This document shows positions 43,560 through 54,082 of a stretch of DNA of 64,000 bases, one piece after another. Under the pieces are notes generated by a model. The model was not told the origin of the DNA and did no database searches. It saw only the letters and a list, made by a program, of their open reading frames with translations. Positions within the stretch are counted from its first letter, which is position 1. The number at the start of each line of letters is the position of its first letter. The stretch covers positions 372,001-436,000 of the forward strand of contig JBHGNT010000008.1 in the NCBI GenBank assembly GCA_043228905.1. Reading direction: 5' to 3'. The translations under genes and the position numbers were made by a program. Origin of the DNA: Azolla caroliniana (taxonomy: Eukaryota > Plantae > Polypodiophyta).

Positions 43560-45433
43560 TTACCTTCGATTCGCAAGTTTAAACACCAAAATCCGATATC
43601 ACACGAGCCATTTATGAACTTTTTCATTCATTGAGGAGCTCTTGTCTATCCCTTTCTCTACATTGCTTTTTCCTTCATGTCTCTCGACTTGAATTTCAAA
43701 ATCCTAATTTTTCAATTCCATATCATAGCTAGATTCGTTACCTTCGATTCGCAAGTTTAAACACCAAAATCCGATATCACACGAGCCATTTATGAACATT
43801 TCCATTCATTGAGGAGCTCTTGTCTATGCCTTCCTAGAAATGGCTTTTTTCTTCTTTTCTTTGGACCTGAGTTTCAAAATCTTGATTTCTCTATTCTCAT
43901 TCATTGAGGAGCTCTTGTCCTTGCCTTCCTCAAAATTCCTTTTTTTTTCTTTTCTCTCGACCTAAGTTTTAAAATCTTAAGTTTTCAATTCTATATTATA
44001 GACTACTTCGTTAGCTTCGATTCGCAAGTTTAAACATCAAAATCCGATATCACACAAGCCATCTATGAACATTTTCATTCATTGAGGAGCTCTTGTCTAC
44101 GCCTTCCTCAAATTTGCTTTTTCCTTCATGTCTCTCGACTTGAGGTTCAAAATCTTGATTTTTCAATTCCATATCATAGCTAGATTCGTTAACTTTGATT
44201 CGCATGTATAAACACCAGAGTCCGATATCACACGAGCTATCTACGAACATTTTCATTCATTGAGGAGCTCTTGTGTACGCCTTCCTCAAATTTGCTTTTT
44301 CCTTCATGTCTCTGGACTTCAGGTTCAAAATCTTGATTTTCCATTTCCATATCATAGCTAGATTCGTTACCTTCGATTGGCAAGTTTAAACACCAAAATC
44401 CGATATCACACGAGCCATTTATGAACATTTTCATTCATTGAGGAGCTCTTGTCTACGCCTTCCTCAAAATGGCTTTTTTCTTCTTTTCTCTCGACCTGAG
44501 TTTCAAAATATTGATTTTTCTATTAGATATTATAGACTACATCGTTACCTTCGATTGGCAAGTTTAAACACCAAAATCCGATATCACACGAGCCATTTAT
44601 GAACATTTTCATTCATTGAGTAGCTCTTGTCTACGCCTTCCTCAAATTTGCTTTTTCCTTCATGTCTCCTGACTTGAGGTTCAGACTCTTGATTTTTCAA
44701 TTCCATATCATAGCTAGATTCGTTAGCTTCGATTCGCAAGTTTAAACACCAAAATCCGATATCACACAAGCCATCTATGAACATTATCATTCATTGAGGA
44801 GGTCTTGTCTACGCCTTCCTCAAATTTGCTTTTTCCTTCATGTCTCTCGACTTGAGGTTCAAAATCCTGATTTTTCAATTCCATATCATAGCTAGATTCG
44901 TTACCTTCGATTCGCATGTTTAACCACCAAAATCCGATATCACACGAGCCATTTATGAACATTTTCATTCATTGAGGAGCTGTTGTCTATGTCGTCCTCA
45001 AAATTGCTTTTTTCTTCTTTTCTCTCGACCTTAGTTTCAAAATCTTGATTTTTCTATTCTATATTATAGACTACTTCGTTACCTTCGGTTCGCAAGTTTA
45101 AACACCAAAATCCGATATCACACGAGCCATCTATGAACATTTTCATTCATTGAGGAGCTCTTGTGTATGCCTTCCTCAAAATTGCTTTTTTCTTCGTTTC
45201 TCTCGACCTGAGTTTCAAAATCTTGATTTTTCAATTCTATATTATAGACTACTTCGTGACCTTCGAGTCGCAAGTTTAAACACCAAAATCCAATATCACA
45301 CGAGCCATTTATGAACAGTTTCATTCATTGAGGAGCTTTGGTCGATGCCTTCCTCAAAATTGCTTTGGTCTTCTTTTCTCTCGATATCACACGAGCCATT
45401 TATGAACATTTTCATTCATTGAGGAGCTCTTGT
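43560..45433. repeat. Terminal subfamily C block, not part of the 19-kb duplication
   Basis: C-type variants after an in-register switch at ctaacattgttaccttcgattcgcaag. Truncated monomers at ~43895 and ~45385. Confidence 0.85.
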
Positions 45434-45438
45434 TTATG

Positions 45439-48100
45439 AACGCTGGAATCGGACCAAAAATAGAGGAGTTGGCGGAGGCCTTCGCCGGAAGGTCGATCTA
45501 CTCGGTCGATTATCTGTACTCGGGGTATGATCAGTTCCAACTAGTCGTGGAGAGCAGAGACATTACGACGATGCGGACTCCTCTTGGCCTAGTGCGGATG
45601 TGTACCCTACCACAAGGAGGGACGAACTCGGTGGCCCACATGGTGAATGTGATGAACAACGTACTGAGGGATTGTATCCCGGACATCACCATGCCATTCT
45701 TGGACGATATCCCAATCAAGGGATGTCCGGTGGAAGACAAGGACGAAACGATCGGAGGACGGATGCCGGGAATTCGTGGCGACACACATTGACGACTACG
45801 AGAGGGTGCTGCAGAGGCTAGAGGACACGAGGCTCAGCTTCTCCGGGGAGAAATCGGCCTTCGGGCAATCAGAGATCCTGGTCGTCGGACATCTATGCGG
45901 ACCGTATGGCCGGAAACCGTCTCCGGCTAAGGTGGAAGCCATCTCCGCAATGAAGCCCAACTATAACTCGGTCACGGAGGTACGGAGGTTCTTGGGAGCA
46001 TGCGCGTTCTACCACATATGGATCCCGCATTACGCCCACGTTGCCGAGCCGCTATACGGGTTGCTGAAAAAGGGGCGAAGATTCGAGTGGCGAGTCGAGC
46101 ATACGGAGTCGGTCCGAAAGATGGAGGCTCTTGCTGCAACTCCGGCACTCCGGAAGGCTGTCTACGAGAAAGGCACTCCCATCTACATAACGGTAGATAC
46201 AAGTCCGACCGGGATCGGATGGGTCGTCAACCAAGAAGATGAGGACGGTATTCGGTTCCCAATCCGGTTCGGCGCGAAGGTCCTCAGCGAGCGACAGCGA
46301 GGATACGCCCAGGTTAAACGCGAACTCTGGGGTATCGTTTCGGTGGTAAAGGCTGATAAAGACTATCTGATCAGGACAGAGGTGATTATCGAGACGGACT
46401 GCCTGTCGATTCTCGGCATGGTTTCCGGATGCGCAACCCCGGACCTAGCAATGCTCAGGTGGATAGCGTACATCAAGTCCCTGGATCCAGAAATACGACA
46501 CATTTCCGGGAAAGATAATGCCATGGCCGACATGCTTTCGAGGGCGTGATTCGACAACAAGGGCGGCATGGTTTTGGAGGAAGAGGAAGTCGGCGTGGAC
46601 TTCTTCGAGGCGGCTTACGTAACAACCGAGGGGGGGAGCACTCCGGCGCTTAACGATTTTAACGAGAGCAAGTACGATGGGGAGTGGCTGCAGATTGGAG
46701 GATTCTTAAGGACAATGACGCCGGACGCGTCATGGACAAAGGACGAGGCCAACCGGATCCGGAAGAAAGCGTACCGATTCTTTCTCCGGGACGGATACTT
46801 ATGGAAGCACCCGAAGAAGAGAAACGGCATCCCGCTCCGAGTGGTGGCGATGGAGGAGGAACAGGAGGAGTTGCTAAAGCCCTACCACGACAGCCCCTGG
46901 GCTGGACACCATGGGACATGGGCCACGTTCGAGAAGCTAAAGGGGAAGTACTGGTGGCCGGGGCTGTACCGGGACGTGCATCGGTTCGTGACAACTTGTG
47001 AGAGCTGTCAGATGCACTCCATAGTCCGACATTGGGACGAGCTTCACCCTACATACCCTCCGGCCATCCATTTCAAATGGATGGTAGATTTGGTGATGAT
47101 GCCGATGGGCGTAGGGCAGATGCGATATCTGGTGCTGGCCCGGGAGGACCTGACGAGCCAGGTGGAAGGTTGAGCCCTGCAGAACAAAACGACCGCGGCC
47201 GTGTGTCGGTTCCTGATCGAGGACGTGATATGCCGGTATGGGTGCGTCGGGAAGATCGTGGCTGACCGCGGGGAGTTGGATGCCGAAGAGGCCGAGGAAC
47301 TGTTCGACCGGTTAGGGGTCAAGCTCTCGCTCACCACAGCGTACAATCCAGAGGCGAACGGGAAGGTGGAGCATGGACACGGACCGATCGTCAAAGCGTT
47401 AGTCCGGGCGTGCGGAGGCCAGGTTGGGAACTGGCCACGGCTGTTACCTTATGCCTTGTGGGCGGACCGGACAACGCACAGTTCGGTAACCGGGTTCATG
47501 CCGTCAGAGCTCATGTTCGGACAAAGGCCGATCATGCCGATAGAACGGACGATCTCCTCTTGGGCGACAGTAGACTGGAGAGACGAGATGAGTCAGGAAG
47601 AACTTCTAGCGGCACGTATACGGCAGCTGGAACGGAGGCCAGAGGACGTGGAACGAGCGACACTTCGGACGGCGAGGATGAAGAACAAAGCCCGGTTCGA
47701 CCGAACGCACCGACTCCGACCAAAGAAAATCGAGGAAGGCGACCGGGTGCTAGTCTACGACAGCAGCCTCGACAACCAGCACCGGGCAACACGGAAGTTT
47801 GCAAAGCGGTGGTTCGGGCCTTACGTGGTAACGAGCGCCAACGACAATGGGACGTATCACCTGGCTGAACTCGACGGTACGAGGATGGCGATACCGGTGG
47901 CAGGGAAGCGGATCAAAGCGTTCAAGAAGCGCCATGACGGCGAACCGGATCTAAGAGGCCTGGACAGCGACGACGAAGAGTCTGAAATGGAGGACGAACC
48001 GATGGACGAAGAACCGGAACTCGGACCGGTTTTCTCCAACCAGAGCGCAAGTTTGGTGCATACCGGTGGATGCGCGGTTAGGTGGGGGCGAATGTCGTGA
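45439..48100 (+). pseudogene. pol: Gypsy pol remnant (RT, RNase H, integrase)
   Basis: RT LPQGGTNS...FLDD; RNase H VDTS...ETDC...NAMADMLSR; integrase HHCC (YHDSPWAGH...CESC), D-D-E core and GPY motif. Frameshift near 45760-45780 and in-frame TGA stops at 46547 and 47171. Confidence 0.93.
48080..48092 (+). other. Polypurine tract of the Gypsy element
   Basis: aggtgggggcgaa lies immediately before the LTR-initial TG. Confidence 0.75.
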
Positions 48101-48740
48101 AGAAAACCGTCCCTTAGCGCAATCGGTGCATAGAGCGCGTGAACCGGCTCTTCACGCATGCGCGCCCATTAATGTATATAATGGGGAATTAGGTACATAG
48201 ATATCCTGGGTAGTTAGATTCGGTAGGTAGGAAGTAAATGAGGGAGACGGCTCCCTTCTTGAAGCTATAAAAGAGAGGGAGACGCGGGGAGAAGGGATCG
48301 TGCATCAAGGAGGACGAAGTGCTATCGGACCGTATCCAAACGCTTCTCCTCTGTTTGTTCTCTATTGCTCTTCTCTGCAGGTTTTCGAGAGGCTTGCGCT
48401 GCTTTGAGGAACGCCCGTGTGCTTCCGGCAACACCTCCATCCTATCCCCTTTTCGTGCGCGGACGAGCAGGCATCGACATCTGTTCGTCGGCCTGTTCGG
48501 TTGTAACCACTCGCGTGCTCTGTTGTTTATTTGTCATTCATTAATATACAAACATTCGTGTCTCTCTGTCTCTGTGTCCATTCGTGTCTTCTGTGTTGAC
48601 AGGGCCGTGTCCCTGAGTTTCTTTGCTCATACGTAACCGAGCGTCTCTCTCTTTCTCTTTCCCCTTCTATCACCTGCTCTTTGGTTCAAGACCCCGGTGG
48701 TCCCGCCTCGTTCTCCACGCACGCGTGTAGTAACGCGACA
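48093..48740 (+). repeat. Gypsy 3' LTR (~648 bp)
   Basis: Termini TGTCG...CGACA. TATAAAA at 48266-48272. Satellite resumes at 48741. Confidence 0.85.
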
Positions 48741-50030
48741 ACACGGACTTGTCTATGCCATCCTCAACTTTGCTTTTTATTTCATGTATCTCGACCTGAG
48801 TTTGAATATCACGATTTCTACATTCGAGATTATAGACGTCATCATTAGCTTCGATTCGCATGTTTGAAGACAAAAATGCAATATCACACGAGCCAGGTAT
48901 GAACATTGTCATTTAGTCACGCGGTCTTGTCTATGCCATCCTCAACTTGGCTTTTTCTTTCATGTATCTCGACCTGAGTTTCAGAATCATGATTTTTACA
49001 TTTGAAATTATAGAGTTCGTCGTTAGCTTCGATTCACATGTTTGAAGACAAAAATCCGATATCACACGAGCCAGGTATGAACATTGTCATTTAGTGACGT
49101 GTTCTTGTCTATGGCATCGTCAACTTGGCTTTTTCTTTCGTGTATCTCGACCTGAGTTTCAGAATCATGATTTTTACATTTGAGATTATAGAGTGCGTCG
49201 TTAGCTTCTATTCGCAAGTGTGAACACAAAAAATCCGATATCACACAAGCCAGGTATGAACATTTTCATTTACTCACATGCTCTTGTCTACGCCGTCCTC
49301 AATTTGGCTTTTTGTTTCATGTATCTCGACCTACGTTTCAAAATCATGATTTTTACATTTGAGATTATAGAGTTCGTCGTTAGCTTTGATTCACATCTTT
49401 GAACACAAAAATCCGATATCACACGAGCCAGGTATGAACATTTTCATTTACTCATGCACTCTTGTCTATGTCGTCCTCAACTTGGCGTTTTCCTTCATGT
49501 CTCTTGGCCTGAGTTTCAAAATCATGATTTTTACATTTGAGATTATAGAGTTCGTTGTTAGCTTCGATTCGCAAGTGTGAACACAAAAATCCGATATAAC
49601 ACGGGCCAGGTATGAACATTTTCACTTACTCACACACTCTTGTTTACCCCGTCCTCAACTTGGCATTTTCCTTCATGTATCTCGACCTGAGTTTCAAAAT
49701 CATGTTTTTTACATTTGATATTATAGAGTTCGTCGTTAGCTTTAATTTGCATGTCTGAACTCAAAAATCCGATATCACAGGAGCTAGGTATGAACATTTT
49801 CATTTACTCACACACTCTTGTCTACGCCGTCCTCAACTTGGCTTTTTCTTTCATGTATCTCGACCTGAGTTTCAAAATCACGATTTTTACATTTGAGATT
49901 ATAGAGTTCGTTGTTTGCTTTGATTCGCAAGTGTGAACACAAAAATCCGATATAACATGAGCCAGGTATGAACATTTTCACTTACTCACACGCTCTTGTC
50001 TACGCCGTCCTCAATTTGGCTTTTTCATAA
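48741..50030. repeat. Satellite subfamily D (178 bp; aaaatcatgatttttacatttgagattatagag), ~7 monomers
   Basis: Same conserved blocks and period as the main array, with a distinct variant set and more divergence between monomers. Confidence 0.88.
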
Positions 50031-50092
50031 CTACGCCGTCCTCAACTTGTCTACGCCGTACTCAACTTGTCTACGTTGTCCTCAACTTGTCT
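50031..50092. repeat. Three tandem 20-bp units (ctacgccgtcctcaacttgt) derived from the adjacent satellite; junction filler
   Basis: Units at 50031, 50051 and 50071. They match the satellite D motif ttgtctacgccgtcctcaactt. Confidence 0.9.
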
Positions 50093-51815
50093 TGGAACCG
50101 GCCAAGACCTCGAATCGGATTCGGATGAAGAGCAAATGGAGGAGCCGGTTATCGAAGCCCAAAGACGGAGATATCCTCTAAGAGAGAGAAGGGCCCCCCA
50201 GAGGTTTCCGGATTCAGAACATGTGCTGCTAACCGACGAAGGAGAGCCAGAAAGCTTCGAGGAAGCTAAAAATGACACCCACAACCGCAAATGGTTAAGT
50301 GCCATGCAGGATGAGATAGATTCCTTGCATGAGAACCATACGTACGAATTGGTGGAGATGCCGAAAGGAAAGCGGGCACTCCGAAATAAGTGGGTGTACA
50401 AGTTGAAACTGGGAGATGCCGGCAATCCCTCGAGATACAAAGCCAAGATCGTGGTCAAGGGGTTCTAGCAGAAAAAAGGCGTGGACTTCGACGAGATATT
50501 TTCCCCGGTAGTAAAGATGACCTCCATCCGGACGGTGCTAAGTATAGCGGCAAGCATGAACCTCGAGGTAGAGCAGCTGGACGTGAAGACGGCATTCCTT
50601 CACGATGACCTTGAAGAGGAGATCTACATGCAGCAACCGGAAGGATTCGTAGAGAAAGGGAAGGAGCACCTGGTCTGCCGGTTGAAGAAGAGCCTGTACG
50701 GACTAAAGCAGGCTCCCCGACAATGGTACCGGAAGTTCGACTCCTTCATGACCAATCAAGGGTACCACAAGACGCAGGCCGATCACTGCGTGTTTGTGAA
50801 AAAGTTTGAAGGAGGCGACTTCCTGATACTCCTTCTGTACGTGGACGACATGTTGATCATCGGACAGAACCAAGCCAGGATACGGATGCTGAAGAAGGCT
50901 CTCAACCGAACCTTCACAATGAAAGACTTGGGTCCGGCAAGACAGATGTTGGGGATGCATATCATCCAAAACCGGCCAACGAAGCAATTGTGGCTGTCAT
51001 AGGAGAAATACGTGACAAAGGTGCTTCAGCGGTTCAACATGTCAGATGTGAAACCGGTCGGATCGACACTCCCGGCAAACTGCAGATTATCCGGTAAGCA
51101 AAGCCCGAAGACGAAAGCAGAAAAAGCTGATATGATGAAGGTTCCATATGCCTCTACCGTCGGGAGCTTGATGTACGCAATGGTGTGTACCCAACCGGAT
51201 ATAGGATACGCAGTCAGACTGGTGAGCCGGTTTATGAGCAATCCCGGCAAGGAGCACCAGAACGCGGTCAAATGGATACTCCAGTACTTGAAGGGCACTT
51301 CGAATATCTGTCTCTGATTCGGTTCCGGCAAACCTCAACTTGACGGTTTTACCGATTCGGACATGTCAATTGATGTGGATACCAGCCGGTCTACATCCTG
51401 GTATGTAATGACATATGCAGGGGGAGCTATCTCGTGGCAGTCGAGGCTGTAGAAGACAGTCGCGTTGTCAACCACGGAGGCGGAGTACATGGCGGCTGTG
51501 GAAGCCGGCAAGGAAATATTATGGATGAAGAACTTCATCGGAGAGCTCGGTATCCGGCAAGATGAATATCGGCTCTATTGCGACAGTCAAAGTGCCATCC
51601 ACCTTGTTAAGAATGCGGCCTACCATTCCTGGACGAAGCATATCCAGCGAAGGTATCACTAGATCCGGGAAAGAGTAGATGACCAAGAGTTCACGCTGAT
51701 GAAGATCCACACGGCTGAGAATGGGTCAGATATGTTGACCAAAGTACTGATACCCGACAAGCTGGAAGCATGCCGGAAGTTGATCGGACTAGTAAGACAC
51801 CCCATGCCGGAGTGA
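50093..51815 (+). pseudogene. pol: Copia pol remnant (INT-RT linker, RT, RNase H)
   Basis: FDEIFSPVVKMTSIR, QLDVKTAFL, KSLYGLKQAPRQW, LYVDDML, STTEAEY, HIQRRYH. At least five in-frame stops (near 50466, 51000, 51315, 51450, 51660). Confidence 0.94.
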
Positions 51816-51825
51816 AGGGGGAGTT

Positions 51826-52427
51826 TGTTAGGAAACAGGTCCCTCCGCATGAGGAGTACCTGGTTACGGAAGACCCGGTGAGAACCGGATGAGGAGTACC
51901 CGGCTACCGAAGACCCGGTGAGAACCGGATGAGGAGTACCCGGCAAGAGCCGGATGGTGAAGGCCCGGTGAGGAGTGCTCACCGGCTGAAGGGACATATT
52001 TGTAAACATGTTTCTGAGAGTCCATCAGGGCTATATTTGTAAATAGCCGAAAAGTCATATTAGTATAAATATGACTTAGGGCAAACTTTGTTTATTATGA
52101 TAGTTGTTGTCATTCTTGTTTGTGCAAGACTTGAGAGCACATAACAGTGTACAGAGAGAGAGAGAGAGAGGAAGAGGTCGTTGCCTCTGTTGTAACCGCC
52201 GCCTGTGGCGAAGATCATGAGCACGAGGTCGTTGCCTCCGTGAGCTCATTGTTGTAATCATTGTGATATAGTGATAGTTTGGAGTCTGTGGACTCCCGTG
52301 GTTTTTCCCTCTCAGGGTTTTCCACGTTAAATATCATGTGTACTCCTCTCTCGTTTTGTGTCGTGCTTCCATTCCCCGGTTTTTTGTGTATGTTTCTAAG
52401 CTCAATTGTGGCCGAGCGTTGCGCATA
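51826..52427 (+). repeat. Copia 3' LTR, last few bases lost
   Basis: 40-bp U3 tandem repeats (51851-51944), TATAAAT at 52064-52070, a (GA)n tract and gtggtttttccc...gggttttccacgt. Homologous to the solo LTR at 57180-57872. Confidence 0.88.
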
Positions 52428-52887
52428 GGGAGCATGCAGTTCTTGTCATAATAATAGGATGGTTAGGATGAAATCCAATGATTGTACCATTTTTCATTGC
52501 TTGACTAACCGATAACAAATGTTTGGTGATGCCCGGGATATAGAGAACTTCATTGATTGTGAAATGTCTTCCTCTTGTGACTTCAAACGTAATATCACCC
52601 TTGCCAATAGCTTGTTTAGTCCCGTTATTTCCAAATCTTACAATGATAGGAGGTTCAACATCCTTATAGTTACATAACCAATCTTTTCTATTAGTTAAGT
52701 GTTTAGTAGCACCAGTGTCGAGATACCATATGTCATTTACATTACTTGGGTTTGGAATCGTCGTTGAAAGTGATTAAGCAATGAATGCCTGAAGGACGTC
52801 ATCATACTTGTCGCCATTTTGATATCCATCTCCTATGACTTTTTCATCATCCATCTCTTCTTCAACAAGATGGGCTTGTACACATTT

Positions 52888-53694
52888 CTATGGTTGATAA
52901 CTCTTGAAATTTGACTTTGCGCGACAATCTTTGGTTGCATGATTTGTACGTTTGCATATTTTACAATAGGTATTGTTGAACTGCATTCCTCCTTGTTTTG
53001 TGTTTTGATCTTTCTTTATCCACGGCTTCAAGCTTTCTCCTCTTTGGGTGAACCTTTTGTTCTTGTATGCTATCATTCCCACACTTGGAGTTGAATTTGA
53101 AGACCTTTGTGAATGCATTGTTTCCTCCTGTCTAATGTTTGCAAGAAGATCAATTAGCATTGGACAATTTATAAAGTTTTGGGTGGTTCTAAAAGTGGAC
53201 CACGAGTGAGGAAGAGCACCAAGAAGGAGAATCTTTTGTAATTTATCATGTATTTCTAATCCAGAAGTTAACACATCATCTAATTTCTTTTGCCATATTA
53301 ATAGAACTTCACCAACCGGTTGTTCATCATTCATTTTGTAATTAACAAGCGCTTGAAGTGTATGCGCTTGTTGGACATCATTTTTCGGCTCGTAGATAGT
53401 TTGTAAGTGCTTCCACATTTCATGAGCCATCTCCATTTTTCGCAATGTTTTTCCAGTGCCATCACTTACTTGCATTAGAATTTCCATTCTTGCACACAAG
53501 TCTTTTTCTTCATATTCTTCAAGTTCTTCACCTTTTTCAGGTTTTATCGACGATCCTGAAATTATGTCCCATACTTTATAATATTTAAAAAGTAATTCTA
53601 ATCTTGCCTTCCAAATTCGATAATTTGTGTTCGATAATTTCTCGATCGTGAATTTTCGCATGCTGAGTTGCGACGACGACATAGATTGTGCCAT
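52888..53694 (-). pseudogene. gag: Copia gag (UBN2-type capsid plus CCHC zinc knuckle), premature stop before protease
   Basis: IEKLSNTNYRIWK, LLGALPHSWSTF and CKICKRTNHATKDC. The downstream protease is separated by stops. Confidence 0.9.
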
Positions 53695-53872
53695 TATTGC
53701 AGAGGGTTGTCTGGATCAGTGCATGGCAAACACAAAATTGTCGTTCGTTATTTGACGATCTTGAACACTATGAATATAATTATTTTTGTATGGGCATGAA
53801 AGTTAAATTATGGTAACGGCACGTGTTTTGTAATTTTAGAAAGGCATAGGCTATAAGGCTATTAGGTCATTT

Positions 53873-53885
53873 GGCTCTGATACCA
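53873..53885 (-). promoter_or_regulatory. Primer binding site complementary to tRNA-iMet
   Basis: TGGTATCAGAGCC on the minus strand directly follows the LTR end ...CAACA. Confidence 0.93.
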
Positions 53886-54082
53886 TGTTGGGAAAGAAGA
53901 GAGATGAGGGAACAGAGAAAGTGTTTTATTATTATAATGCCCTAGAATGAATACAACGTTGGTGGTGGCTTAATAAGACCACCACCAATAAGACTTACGG
54001 TTTCCTCCTCATGAAGGAAACCGATTTCATAAGAACTACATATTAATATATTTTATTTTATTTTTGCTTATTATTTTCCTCA
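53886..54082 (-). repeat. Short 5' LTR (~197 bp)
   Basis: The inner end is fixed by the PBS. The outer end is inferred at TGAGG (54082), where composition changes. No second LTR is available to confirm it. Confidence 0.65.

Larger units (their letters stand above)
1..45433. repeat. Head-to-tail satellite array, 178-bp monomer, single orientation (putative centromeric satellite)
   Basis: The motif gaacactaaaatccgatatcac recurs every 178 bp (e.g. 785, 963, 1141, 1319). The ORF track repeats at 178-bp offsets (19634, 19812, 19990). No non-satellite sequence is seen before 45434. Confidence 0.97.
45434..48740 (+). mobile_element. 5'-truncated Ty3/Gypsy LTR retrotransposon, non-chromovirus (Phygy/Selgy-like)
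   Basis: RT-RNaseH-INT domain order, followed by PPT and 3' LTR. Gag, protease and the 5' LTR are absent. GC-rich relative to the flanks. The lineage call is from recalled motif similarity. Confidence 0.93.
50093..52427 (+). mobile_element. 5'-truncated Ty1/Copia element, Tork/Tnt1-like
   Basis: RT and RNase H, PPT gagtgaagggggag (51810-51823) and a 3' LTR starting TGTTAGG. Confidence 0.92.
52428..54082 (-). mobile_element. 3'-truncated Ty1/Copia element (5' LTR, PBS, gag, protease)
   Basis: PBS, gag with zinc knuckle and protease motif WYLDTGATKHLT (~52690-52730). Breaks off at the neighbouring LTR. Confidence 0.92.

Noticed and set aside
46-45324. Dozens of repeated 63-117 aa ORFs (MKMFIDGSCDIGF..., MLLASI...) as a tandem peptide gene family
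   Set aside because: They are translations of the satellite. The 178-bp period is not a multiple of 3, most monomers contain stops, and no domain is recognisable.
1-45433. CRISPR-like repeat-spacer array
   Set aside because: The variable parts are homologous between units rather than unique spacers. There are no cas genes and the context is eukaryotic.
1-45433. Arabidopsis CEN178, alpha satellite with CENP-B box, or a 5S rDNA/tRNA array
   Set aside because: Only the length is similar. I see no sequence resemblance, no TTCG-N4-A-N2-CGGG box and no RNA gene motifs.
45420-48755. TSD around the Gypsy, since satellite phase is roughly continuous across it
   Set aside because: The 5' LTR is missing, no exact duplication is present, and the flanks belong to different subfamilies.
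45531-48912. Antisense and alternative-frame ORFs over the Gypsy pol and LTR
   Set aside because: Expected shadows of GC-rich coding sequence, with no independent motifs.
52401-52412. ctcaattgtggc shared by the Tork LTR end and the 11-bp indel region of satellite E, suggesting an LTR origin
   Set aside because: Only 12 bp with no extension, and the related solo LTR lacks the full match. Chance cannot be excluded.
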